Origin: Heteronotia binoei
Lineage: Eukaryota
NCBI RefSeq assembly: GCF_032191835.1
Contig: NC_083235.1
Coordinates: 29,636,001-29,700,000, forward strand
DNA: 64,000 nucleotides
Reading direction: 5' to 3'
Shown here: piece after piece, positions 1 to 12,925 of the stretch
Layout of the letters: every line of letters begins with the position of its first letter
How positions within the stretch are numbered: the first letter of the stretch is position 1
Program-made: the position numbers and the translations under genes
Notes under the pieces: generated by a model
Seen by the model: the letters and a program-made list of their open reading frames with translations, nothing else
What the model was told of the DNA's origin: nothing
The model's database searches: none

Positions 1-1082
1 GGAAGGATTTCCTTTTATTGTCTGTATCAAAGAAGGCTCCAAGGACGTGTGAAAAAAATTAGGGGGCAGAAATCTCTTTTGTCTCTAAAGCGTCCCTCCC
101 GCCTCTCTCACACTGGCCTCAGTTTCTCCCAACCAGCAGAACAATGTCAGAAAAAAAGAAGAAAAAAGAATCTGTGTTTGTTGTTTGGGTGGTTTTTTGT
201 TTGTTTGTTTCCCTCATAAATGACAACAGCAAAGAGAAATATACACTTCGATCAAATATAGTTCTGGCCTTTATTTCCTATTCTAGCCCAGGAATCGGGT
301 TGCAACCGTGTATATCTATCTGGTTACCATTTTCAGGACCATTTCAGAGTACAAAGCGCCTCCTTGACAGTACTGAAGAAAAATAAGCGCTCATTGTCCC
401 TGCGGATTCATTGTGAAAGCTATTACCATACTGACCGCTTGGTAACCTACACCTCTAGCCATTTGCAATCTGTGCATCTTGGTTAAAAAAAAAAAAGTAC
501 CTATTCACAGGCTTTGCTATTTCGGGGTTTAAGAATAATCATAGTTATAATACTAATAATAATGATTATGCAACCTCCCCACCTCCCCCCCCCCCCGACT
601 TTTGCCATGTGAAATGTTTCCTAGTTTAGGTTACACAAAACCACCCAACAAGGAGAGAAGGGGGGGGGGGGGTTCACACAAAACAATCGGTCCTTAATAG
701 CTGAAATTCAGGGGCACCATGTAGAGAGGGTACCCCCCCTCCAGTGTGTTCAGACCACACGTAATTAGTCCATAGAAGTACCAGTATCTTTGACTATTTA
801 AAACACACACACACGCAATCGAAGTCCACAAAGTAGACAATATATTAGGGAGGAAGATTTAATCTTGAATAGATCTAAGAGGTGTTTGAACCTTGCGGTG
901 AATCTTGAGCCCTTTGTAAGATGTCCTCTCCCCCAAATTCTGTTTGTTTGTTTTTTTACCATTGACTTCAGTGGTTGGATTGTATACTTTCTCTGTAAAG
1001 GTGGCTATAAGTTGACAGGGGAATTTTTTTAAGGGGGGGGGAGGAAAAGACAGCTATTTTTTCTACAATTAGCAATCCTGAT

Positions 1083-1249
1083 NNNNNNNNNNNNNNNNNN
1101 NNNNNNNNNNNNNNNNNNNNNNNNNNNNNNNNNNNNNNNNNNNNNNNNNNNNNNNNNNNNNNNNNNNNNNNNNNNNNNNNNNNNNNNNNNNNNNNNNNNN
1201 NNNNNNNNNNNNNNNNNNNNNNNNNNNNNNNNNNNNNNNNNNNNNNNNN
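1083..1249. other. Assembly gap (N run)
   Basis: Run of N in the sequence. Confidence 0.99.
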
Positions 1250-1422
1250 TTTTTAAAGAATTTTCTCCCCTTCCTAGTCCCCCACCATGCAAAGAGACAG
1301 GTCTAATTTATGCAAAGAAATATGCAAATGTTTAATTGATTTTTCCTTAAATCTGTTGTCACTAAAAGTAATGAGTCGGTGCAAAACGATTTGAATAACC
1401 AAAGCATGTCACCAGAAGTAAG

Positions 1423-1450
<28 letters not shown>
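1423..1450. repeat. (AC)n microsatellite
   Basis: About 14 AC units, read directly. Confidence 0.95.
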
Positions 1451-1455
<5 letters not shown>

Positions 1456-1729
1456 CATAGGAACCACACATTTTTCTTTTTTAGCCTCTCCAGAAGCTAA
1501 AGTCGTGTAAATATTTATCCCACCGTTTTAAAGCACGGAAGACTAATTCTTCCTGTTTGTTAAAGAAGGAAACATATATATGCAAACAATTTTCTCTTTC
1601 CCTCTGAAGGGTCCCCCCCCCCAGGCCGCGTTTACCCCCCCTTCCTCTCCCAGGAATTCAATTTTCTTCAAATCTCGTTGAAAGTGGCTTTTTAAAAAGT
1701 GGGCGCATTTTAATATTGCTTAGACGGCG

Positions 1730-1746
1730 TGCCCTGAATTTCACCT
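1730..1746 (-). promoter_or_regulatory. Candidate DR5 retinoic acid response element of the Hox4 5' type (upstream of Hoxc4)
   Basis: Minus strand reads AGGTGA-AATTC-AGGGCA. This is 15/17 identical to the Hox4-upstream RAREs as I recall them (AGGTGA aatgc AGGTCA; AGGTGA acttc AGGTCA). The position between Hox5 and Hox4 fits. The second half-site is degenerate. Confidence 0.55.
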
Positions 1747-4700
1747 CAACTGTTTGACTTGATCCAATAGGTCACTGCCAAGGAGTTATTGATGGGGAAC
1801 CTCCATTGATATTTGTCTCCTCGCAAATGGCCTTTAGATCTTCTAGCGAGTTCAATAACTAGTTATAATGTAGAAGGGGAAAAATGAAGCCTAAAGGCAA
1901 ACGAATATGATGTTTCATTTTTATGCTGGAGAAATAGTTGTTGTTGTCCTCCCCCCCCTTCCTGCTTCCCCACCCCCCTTTTTTCTTTACCCCCCAATCC
2001 CACCTTTTTCACCTCCTCAGAACAAACAAATAGGGGGAGAATCTGGTTTGAGTGAAAGAGTCCCCCCTTGCCCCCTCCTCCCTCCCCTCACCCTTTCAAC
2101 TGAAGCCACCGCTTCGAATCCATATTGCAAATCTCCATTTATTTATTTATTTATTTGAGGACTAATCGAGGGACCTCAGTTCATGAACTCTACAAGACTG
2201 ATCTAGCCGAGCATCCAAAACAATATTTTTAGCTGGGTAGGAATCGGGTTGGCTTTACTCTCTCCCCACCCCACCCAAGTTTTATATATATCTATAACTA
2301 TCAGTAGATTGAATATAGCAGTACTGGATCTGGGGAGGATGGGGGTTGAGTGAGGAGGGCATGGTGGTCTATCTTTTGCAGATACCATGAATGTCTTTAA
2401 AATTATTTTTAAAAGATGGGCAAAGCATTCAGCTCTATTAAAATGCTAATTTGAATGCAAATATTGAAGAGGGGGAATTTAAAGGAAACAAAGAAAACAT
2501 TCCTTGTTTTACTTTCCTATGGTTCTATTTGCATCACTGCCTATACTTAAAACTCTCTTTCCTTCTTAAGGAACGGTTTATAATTATACACCTAGAATTG
2601 CAATACATGTTGTATATATTTACATTTTTACCTTTACTTCTGGGTTCCCTCATGTTTGGATCTGGTGGTTGGTCACCTAGTCACTGGAGACTGAAAATTT
2701 GGGGAAAATATGTCTTTTAGAAGGTTCTTTTCCAGATAAAGATTTCAAAACCTGCTGCAGAGATAGAAGAGAGGGGCAACCTCCCCATTTCCCAGCCTTA
2801 TAAATACCTCGAATTGGTTTCAAAAACAGCAGCATAACTTCAGAGGAAAACAGTGTGTTGTGCAAGGAAAGATTAGGAAAAAAAATAATTTAAAAGGAAA
2901 TAAAAGAATGACATAGTTTCTTGGTTGTCCACTACAACGTCCACTGAGAAGTTGTTCTAACATGGACTGGAAAGATATGTATATATTAGGTTGCTTTGAG
3001 TAATCCTCAATAACTGTCCTTTGGATATCTCCTTCCTAGCCCAGCAGTAAGCCCACCATGGTGGGAGATGAGGACATGGGGTTACAAGGTCTATAGATTG
3101 GCTCTGCATCTTGTTCATCTTAAATAGAATCTGTTGTTTAAAGAAAATCTTGGAGGCGGGAAATCTGTGTGAAAGAGCAGCCAAAGCAATGTTGGTACTA
3201 AACACCCGGGAATATTGGGGGTGAATGGTAGGGTAAGTATGATAGTGACAGAGCGACACAAGTAGTATAGTATTTCATGTTATTAGTGACTTTGAAAAGC
3301 GGAATTACATTTCACCCTGAGTCTCATGGCTGGTTCACAAGTGCATAAACATCCCGCCCTGTGTGGACGTATGAATTGCCTCCCTAAGAAAAACGGATGT
3401 GTTTTTTTTGGAAATGGTTGCTGGTTGACAGCTTCCGTCAGTGAGATTTACTTTGCTCAAGTCAACTCGTGATGTTGGGCTCCTTCAGAAATAAACAGGC
3501 AAGGAGGAACACACCAAGATTTACATGCCAACCACTTCAAAGACAACTTTTTAGCATCTCCCCTCCCCATTATGACTTAACTCGATTCCAAACGCTGCCT
3601 GATTTTCCTTCTACGATCTGTCTTATTTTTACATGAGTTCTACTGATTTAAGAGGTTTCCATAGCTGGGTAGAACTGTCATCCCTTAAACAGGGTTCCTG
3701 AATTAACTGCAAAACCCCAGGTCCAATGGGATGGCGCAGGCTACGAAATTCTACAGAGGTAGCAGTGGCTACTGGGATGGCAGCGCGATTCTGCATAGAG
3801 TTAGCCCAAACTGAGGCCGCTGAAACCAACGGGCTAGGAGTGGTGTAGCTCTGCCTAGGGTTACACTTCGGGGATATGAAACTGGAGATCAGTCTTAATG
3901 CTGTCTCCATCTTCCATCTTGAAGCCAGCGAAACTGCCCAAATATCTATATCCTCTAGCGGTTCCACAATGGTGGAAGGCGAATTGGGGAGGAGAATCAC
4001 AGAGGAGGTGGGGCAATGGGCGCTGTGTGCATGCCTGAAATAACCTCTCAGGCTCATGCCCTTTGGAATCAGGTGTGTGGAAACACCTGTAAGTCTAAGC
4101 TCCTGAAGAGATCACTGACTCTTAGTGAGCGTGTGTTTAATGCAAAAATCTGTTCTTTTGGATGACATCTTTTTAACCCCTTCCCCTATGTATATGTGGA
4201 AAAAGAAAGCCACTGTTTTCAGTTATTTTATTTAGGCATTTCTCGGTTTGTACTCATCGATGTGTATTACGTCTATACACATTTACGTATATAAGGAATC
4301 TATCCTGGCGTCTTGAGTATCTTGAGTGCTTAATCTGACTCTCTCCTCCCCACAAATACACACTAAAAATGCTATAGCATTCTATGTATATATACACTTA
4401 CAGAGATACATTGTTTTCTCAGGCACATACATATATCTGTGTAAATAAATACTGTTAGATACTGACAAGCCAAGAGGATGGGGGGGGGCAGAAATGTGCC
4501 TAGATGTGCTTCTTCCCACCCACCCCCAGCCCTACGCCATATGTCAGATTTTATTGGCTGTATTTAGTTATTCTCATTACTTCTATGGACAGTGTGTGTG
4601 GGGGGGTGGGGGGTGGGAATGGAATGATTTGTGAACACAGCGCTGGGCGTTTTTTAAGGAGCCCCATTCATGTACTGGCAAAGGAGTCGGTTCCACGGAG

Positions 4701-6311
4701 ATCTACCCAAACGGAGAGGTATTTTGAAGGGCCGCAGGCTCTGTAAGAAGGTTTTTATTGGCCAGGGAGAAAGCCGGCTGGGTTACCGAATGATCACTCC
4801 CGCAATCTTCTTAGCCCCATAACCGTTCCTCTTTCTTGGGCAGGACTGAGTTTTCTACCAGCATTGATACTCCCCCGCCCCCCCCCCAAGGCAACTGCAA
4901 AGAAAATGCTTGGGGGGGGGGAGGGGGTGTCTGCGGTTGTCTAGGAAGATCTTCCTAATTGCCTTTTAATATCAAATGCGTATTTGAATCCGTTGCGGGG
5001 GCGGAGGGGAGACCCAAACTATTTAGTGAGTTATGTTTTGAGTCTGCGAACAATGGCGCGTTGTGCTTAAAGAGGAGCCTCGTTATTTGCAATGTTTATT
5101 TTTTTTCCCACCAGGGTACTCTCAGTTTAATCTTTCACAGTGTAATAAACTATTATCTTAGTTAATCCCAAAGGTGAATCCATCAAAACCTTTTAATAAA
5201 ACGTTTATTAGTTCCAGCAAGTCTGGGAAGCCTGTAAACTGTAAGTACAGTGCAGCAGGCGGGACTTAAAAGAAACTCGGGCTGATGGGCCGGGAGCGGG
5301 GTTACATATAAAAGAGGGGTGTGTGTGTGTAAATATCTCCCAGCTGAGGTTGGGGAGGATAATTTTTCAGCACGTGTCAATTGCAGTTATCATTAGTCAA
5401 GGCCACAGAAGCCAAAGGCGCTGCAGAGCTGGACAAGAGAAATCTCAGGAATGATATAAAAGGACCCAACCAGGCCTCTTGGATGGGGGTCAGTCGTGAT
5501 AAGACATCCCATGCCTTGCTTGGGAATTGGAAGGGGGCCGTGGAGGAGGCACTGTGCTTTTTCAATGCGAGGTTCCTCCCTGTCCCCCTCCTCAGATTCA
5601 GGACCAAAACTAGTGGGGGCAGGAAAGTGAACAACTAGACTATCAACAAGCGTCTGCTGGCAGACACCAACTGCGATAGGATGACACCGGAAGACAAAAA
5701 TTAGTCGGTGGAAGGATCACCCAGCAGAATGACAGTTACGAGTCCTCGCAGTCGTAATGCTAAACGTCGATCTTTTCGTCTCCATCTGAGCAATCTGTTT
5801 GGAATACATGTCCGCTATCAGGTGTAAATCTATCATAAAACATGTTCAACACACCACTTGATCTGCTTACACATGACATAACCCAGCAGCTTTGAGCGTG
5901 GCCTAGGATCTGTCCGGCTTTATCTATTTTCTCATCAGCATAGCAAAATAATTAATTTCGACTGTCCGGTCTCCTTCTCAAACGAAAGAACACAGATATA
6001 AAACGCCGGACTGTTCTGAACAGGTAAACGTATTTCCCTATATCGCGGCCCGTGAGGCTTTGAAGTGCGAAAGATGAAGCAAGAGAATCACAAAGGCGAA
6101 AAGACCCTGTTTGGTTTTATGAAAACCACAAACTTGAAAAGCCTGTTGGTAAGTCATTCCCTACAATTATTGAAGCAGTGGTGTTTTGTAGTAGACTGGC
6201 TCCCCCCACCCCCTCCTCTAAAATAGCTCTCTAGCACATATGAGACCCTCACACATATATTCTAGAAAAAAGAAGAGTAAGAGCAGACTTCTGCCAGGTC
6301 TTTTTACAGAT

Positions 6312-6347
<36 letters not shown>

Positions 6348-7972
6348 CTTCATGGAATGACCGCGTTCTACGGTAGGAGGTATACACTCCACCCACTCAG
6401 GCCCGTAGAGTCCTAGGTAGCTGGGTAAAAGAGACCCATTTTCCATCTCTTTGTTTTCTCCTTTTAAACATATTATAATCAGATGTACTAAAGGCCTTTT
6501 ATCAACAAAATGCGCTTTTTTTGCGGTGCCTGTAGAGGTTTGGCTCTCCTCACTCCGAGGCAGGAAGCAGATTTACAGTGTGTGTTTGTGTGTGCGTTTT
6601 GTTTCTCTTTTGACAGCAAACCTCCTAAGGCGGCGTACATACCTCAGCGGAGATGGTAAAACGGGGCTGTTTCTCTCCTGCCCTGTTGTGGCGTTATACC
6701 AACGTCCAGAGAAGAGGGGAAAGTTCCCTTCCCTCCCCCCATTGTTAATCACAACAAACGATCTCATAAACCTCAATCTGGGAAGATAATTTAGAGTTCT
6801 TCTCCCCAATCTGAAAGCCGCCTCCGCCTCTCAGCAGCCTCCCCCAGGAAGTGGGGGAGGGGGAGAGCCATCTCCCACGGTTCTGCTCAGCGCCTCTGCT
6901 TTAGCTGTCCTGTTTAGCGCGAAATAAAGTTACTGTCCGGAGGACGAAGGCTGGTCCGCCCGGCGCATCCATCTTCGCTAGTAAGGGGGCTCTTCCAACC
7001 TTATTATTTGTAGCCTCAGAGAAGTCGAAAACTGCAAATAAACTTGTCTAGGAATCCAGGCAGGAGATAGCAAGCGTTTGTTTAAAACCAAGACGAACGC
7101 AATCTCTCCCCACCAGAGCACTAAGGGAGTTTATGGCGCTCCCCATCACCACCCACTTTCTTCTTCTCTCCCCCCCCCCCCTTCTTTCCTTGTTGTTTCA
7201 TCTTTTCACAGGCACTTTTGAGGAAAGGAAGGGAAAGCAAAGGGCCTGTCCCAGCGGCGGAATTTACAATCTCCCAGCCCCCCATCGCCCCCAGCCTCCA
7301 CTTCCTGTGATTAGACAGATCAAACCGGACACCTACCTGCGTTTACGACCCCCTCCCTTTCCTGCCTGGGAAGAGCTCCTGTAATAAAAGTCTAGCCACC
7401 CGTCACTTTGATTGGAGAGGTGGGGGGGGGGGAATTGTATTGATGATAGTATACCACCTGGTGAGACACAATTGGAAGGGGGGCTAGGATAATTCTAGGG
7501 AAGGGGGTGAGACATCGTTTTTGAAAGTGGGATTCCTCTAATACTAGGGTTTTCCCCCCTACTGCCCCTCCTCACTCCCACGACCGAGCAAGAAACAAAG
7601 TTTCCTGCCCAGAGGGAGGGCTACCGCGGATGAGCGACTGGGCCGCAGTCAGACATACTTCAAGAGGCTTCCTAAATCTCTTGCAAATGCTTGTAGATTA
7701 CATTACAGTTCATGTTACTGTTTATGTTACAAACTCCAGCAAACGCTGATCCTTCTTGGGACAGAAAATAAATACTAAGGTCAACAGTAGTGACTGGCTT
7801 ACCACCCCTACCCCCACGTGACTGATCCGTCCTTGGGTCAGGCATAGGGAGAGATCTGTTCTTGTCAGGAAATTCCAGGCACAGCCTTATTAATAGCTAG
7901 ACAGATATACATCTACAAGCATCTGTAAGCGTCCATGTGTTTATATCCAAGTATGCAGGGATGTGCTTAGAT

Positions 7973-8062
7973 TACTATACTATACTATACTATACTATAC
8001 TATACTATACTATACTATACTATACTATACTATACTATACTATACTATACTATACTATACTA
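7973..8062. repeat. (TATAC)n pentanucleotide microsatellite, about 18 units
   Basis: Perfect tandem array. It produces the YYTIL-repeat pseudo-ORF at 7963-8154. Confidence 0.97.
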
Positions 8063-11000
8063 AAGATACGACAGACAGTACAGGAGAATGGACTGGATGT
8101 AGCTTATTAGTTTCTACTTCCTATAAATTATTCTCCCCTCCCCCCATTTTCTAGACTGTAAAAAACCAAGGAGGGATATTAGACACATGGATGCATGAAT
8201 AGATGGACAAATAGGTTTTTCCCCTCCCCCAAAGATGACAATCTGCAAGTTGTTGTTGAGTGTTGTGCAAGCATTGTGTCAGTTATGTTCTTGAGCGTTG
8301 TGCAAGCATTGTGTCAGGATTTGTGGGGCAGGGTTTTGCCATGGACGTCTAATGTGCCACCAAGAAGGACTGCAAGGGTGGGGGGAGAGCAGCGTGTTTA
8401 CCATTCTATTGGGGTAGTTAAGACCGGGATCTGGCCGAAGAGCCAGAAACTGCAAGTCAAGCAAGCCACAATCATACAAAAATCGATAGCTGGGAATTCA
8501 ACTCTTGACCGAATGGAAACGCCATTTGATAGAGAAGCCCTTTCAGAACCGGATCATAAATCAATACAACCAACGTATCAGTCAATCAATGCAGTTTGCA
8601 CAGATGCATGTTATGCTCCTCTTACTTATTCTTTCCTTAAAGAGGAGATAAAATCTAATATATTAAACAATCTTTCCCCAACCTTGCCAAGAAAAAGGCA
8701 GTTGAGATCTAACGGGAACTATTGAACTCGGTGCAAACAGCTAGGCCGCTTTAGCCCTTCTGTCTTTCCAACTCACTTTTCGTCGAGATTACTCAACCCG
8801 TTACAATATTTTAAAGGAGAATATTTTCGAACACCCTCCCGCAGATTCATTAATATTCTCAATGGGTTTCTTGGAGAAGCAGATTCTTTAGCGTTCTAAT
8901 TTATAAAGCACCCAGGGGAGACATACAGACAGAACTCCATTCACAGTATTCTCATATTGGAAAGCCGAAAAGAAGACGATTTGCCAATAAAAGCTTGTGA
9001 GTTAAAACGCATCTTGAAACGTGCATTTTCCCAAAAACACTTTACAGGCCTCCTTAGTGATAAGATCCAGAATGCAATAAAACTCTTCTCACACCCAAAA
9101 AAGGGAAGGGGAGGCGGGGGGGGGGGAAACCCTTCCAGGAATTGAGAACTGCCTACATGTCCGCCGAGGCAAATAATTCCGGGGGTTAGGTGCACACTTA
9201 ACTTTGCAACCCCCAAAAGAGCAAGGGTACCTCGGGCACCCATATCCTAGATAGATTTCCCTAGAAGTGGAAGTGCTGATTTTGCTGGAACTCCGCTTCC
9301 ATAACAGTTCGCATTTTTTTTAACAAACTGAATTGCAAAATGTGTGCATGGTATGGGGAGGGAGGGAAGGAAGGAAATCGAGTTGTCGCCAAAATGCGAA
9401 AGTTCCCAATTTAGAATCCCGCCCCTTGAATTGTTAAAGCGCTCCTCTACCTTGTCTCGTGGTAAGGTCTGGCAAAGTTCATCAGCTACCATAGCTTCAA
9501 AGGGCCACGCCACCTACTTCCCCCAGATATTGGGCCACCAGCACTTGCGGTGTGATTCGGGAATAAACATTTAGAAAGCGTTTTCTGTTCCCTGGGCACG
9601 AGGCGCAGCCTACGGATCACCCTTGGCGAACTTTGTTCAGCTCTACAGGCATCCGCTTGGAGCAGCTTCTGCAAGCCAAGTTTGCAGGAAGACTCCAGTC
9701 TTGTTCCAATGAAGTGTCTATGGGCTGATGTTACCGGGCTTCAGCCTACAGAACCCTGGGTAAATTCATTAGTCTTACAATCTTCTTTCTCTCTTTTGGA
9801 TCCGGTAATGCCTGATGCTAGTCAAGATGCCTGCAAAGATCGATTGTCCCATGCAAAGGCCACCTGGCTTTTCACAGCCTCGAGAGCTGCTATTGTTTTG
9901 ACTGCACCTCTCAGATCATTCCGATTTTTCTTTTTAACTCCCTATTATTTTTCCCCGATAGATCAGACAACCGAAGTTTTCCCCACTTGGTACTGGGCTC
10001 CTTTGTTATAGAGCCCAATCTCTCCCCCCCCCCCCACCCAAATCATTCAGACAGAATTTTAAGGAGAATGCCCATGAATTACAAATATTTCCAGTGAAAG
10101 AGCACAAGATGAATAGTTAAGCATGATGATCTATTCTTTCTACCTGTGGCGGAACATGGGATGTATTTATGGTTCATTTAAAAGGAGGGAGGGGAAGCTT
10201 TCCACAGTAATACAATTTTTAAGTCCAAATAAAATATCAAGCTCTGACTAATTAAAGTTGACTAGATTGCTTGGTGGTGTGTGTGTGGGGGGGAGGGGGG
10301 AGGATGGATATGTGGCAGACGTGGGCGAATGTCACATTGCCTCTGTCAGTCAAAACATGTTCTCCTCTGCTTGGGTCTGTATACATAGATCATCACCTAC
10401 GCGTGATTTCCTCTTCTGGATTGGAGAGCTGGGATCACGTGGTCCCAGCAGCCCGGGCATGTTCCCAGTCATTTTGGAAATAAGTTTTGATTTCACACAA
10501 GGGCACAAATCTTCTCACTACCTTTCCATCTTTCAGGGGAAGAAAGGTCAGTTCAACAACAACAAAAAAGTATCAGCCACCCCCAAATATCCATTATGAG
10601 GAAACAAAACAACAACAAAAAACCCTAGAAAGAATAGAGTGAATGGATGGGGGAAGGAGACTCCAAGCTTGCCATAATCATAACTCCTCAAAGTAATTGC
10701 TCCCATTGTATAGATGGAATGCTCCGCGAAAGAGCTTTTCAGGATACGTGTGCCGAAGTTCTCCCCGTGCGTGTCAATAATAAGTGAACTGGAAACCAAA
10801 CGGAAAGTCTCTGGGTACAGATAGATATGGATATAGATCAATCGATCTTCCTAGCTATCAGCAAGGAGGATATCAGAGATCAATAAAAAAAACAAGGTCC
10901 ATGTAATCCAGCATTATGTTTCCAAATTGATATTCTAGGACCCACCAGTAGAACACAAACATGTGGGTCATCCGCTAAAGCTTGTCGTCAGCATCTGGAA

Positions 11001-12356
11001 GAGAGAGACACACTTTTTCGTTCTGCTGATAGAGGTTCTGCCTAGTTTTCATGGCTAATGACCAACTGGCACGTTTACTCAAGTGATCTGAGTGGCGTGG
11101 CCTTTAAAGCCTTAGACAAGTGCGTTCCCTCAGCTGATGTGGTAGATAAATATATGAAGTCAAACCCAAACTCCCTTGCATTGGTTTATCTATTGGGACC
11201 AGAGTTGCCAAGCGAAAGCCTATTTGAAAAGCCGGGAGAAAAGTAAGCTGTATGAAGACACTGATTTCTAACCTAAGCCTTGATCAACCTCTTGTAACTA
11301 TGATTTCTCCATCTCACTTCCTTGGCTACAGAAACTGGACAGATTTTCATAAGCACGTCTCTCTCCTCGCATGCATGCATACATGGCATGGAATTCTTGA
11401 GCACCCTATATAACAGAAACACTCAAGTTTAGGATCTAGGTGAAAGCATTTTGAATGTCCAGCAACGGAATCTTTCTCCATACGGAACAGGGCATGTCAA
11501 CACCGCGCCAGCAATCACTATTCAGCCTGGCTTCACCGGGCTCACACCCCAAGAGCAATTAGGAGGAACACCTAGTTCAACTAGCGTTAAAGAAGCTCAA
11601 CCGTCGAAGCGCCTTGGGGCAGTGCTGGAACTTCTCCCCACCGGAGCACAATGGCCCGGCGCAGGTTCAGCTGTTAGTACATGTTTGCGAAGGTGAAATG
11701 CCCATCTTGCCTTCAAAGGAATGCCACGTTGTCCAGTTTAACTGAGTCATTACGATCGAGATATGCAAAAGCTTCAGGTACCATTTATCTCTTCTACAGG
11801 GCATCCTCGTTGCGTTGGCTAGGGGTACAGCCATCTTCCACTACGATGTTGGAGTTGTGTAGAGATTTAAAGCGTCACAGGGATAGGCATTGTGAATAGC
11901 CTTTTCCGTCGAACGCCTCACAACCAACTCCTTCCAAAGGAGCAATACCTGGGTTACCGCATCCTACAAATCCAGGTCCCATTTCCCTCCTCCCTCTTAT
12001 CCATTATGGTTCCATCTATTGACTTAATTCAGACTTATGGTTCCATCTATTGACTTAATGTGCGCCCAGCTATCTCCCCCCTCCCAACCTCCCCATGAGT
12101 GGACGCAAGCGCGGCATGGACTTTCCCCCAAGAGGCTTCTAGCTTCACATTGCACCCTTCGAAGTATGGCACATGTGGAGAAAAGCGAAAAGACGCTTGC
12201 CAATCAGTCCCCCTTCCTGCCAAGACGAGTTCAGCTTCTGCAGAACAGATTTGGGTTCCCAAAGGCGTTTTGGGTGGTCAACCCAGTAAGTTCGGTTACC
12301 GTGGTCCAAAACAGTAAGAACTGGAACCGTAAGAGGCTTTTGTATTTGTTCGTTCG

Positions 12357-12399
12357 TTCATTCATTCATTCATTCATTCATTCATTCATTCATTCATTC
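12357..12399. repeat. (TTCA)n tetranucleotide microsatellite
   Basis: About 10-11 units, read directly. Confidence 0.95.
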
Positions 12400-12757
12400 T
12401 CCAGATGATTGAAAGGCGTCTGTGAAAATCTCCTCCACGGAGGAACAAGGACTTGCCTCGCTTCATTTCACAAGACATTTCCGGTAAACGAAAAAGAGTC
12501 ATTGCAATCTCGATGGGCGTTCTGTATGCAATACGGATTGCTGTTGTGTTCCCGTGCTAAATATTGAAGTAGGTGAAGAAAATGCTCTTGCTGTAGGTCT
12601 GTGAATGTCTGCAACAAACAAGTAAATCTGGTGTTCTAGCATTTAACCACCTGAAATTCTGTGCAATACATTGAGAGTATGTTCAAATTCTTCATTTCCA
12701 CTATAGGCAAAGTTCTGGTCCACAAAAGGTTCCCTTACATACACACATACACACATA

Positions 12758-12925
12758 CAATATTCCCTCTAAGCTGCAGAGACTTGTGAGCAAAACTTCT
12801 ACTTTGTGAGCTACTGATTTCAGAGCTGTGAGCTACTGCATAAAATTATTGTGCTCTGGGGGCATTTTTCTTGAGCTAGGACAAAAATGTGTGGGCTAGA
12901 CTAACTCAGCTTAGAGGGAACACTG
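12758..12925 (-). mobile_element. Non-autonomous hAT-type DNA transposon (MITE), copy 1, 168 bp
   Basis: Terminal inverted repeats caatattccctctaagctg ... cagcttagagggaacactg. Flanking 8-bp TSD cacacata/cacacaaa (7/8 match). The interior is homologous, in opposite orientation, to 35873-36085. An 8-bp TSD with CAG-starting TIRs is typical of hAT. Confidence 0.9.

Noticed and set aside
270-325. Faint resemblance to an antisense miR-10 hairpin (aatcgggttgcaaccgtgtatat)
   Set aside because: The seed ACCCTGT is absent and the arms do not pair convincingly. I found no miR-10 or miR-196 precursor anywhere in the window.
7963-8154. ORF with a YYTIL repeat
   Set aside because: It is simply the translation of the (TATAC)n microsatellite.
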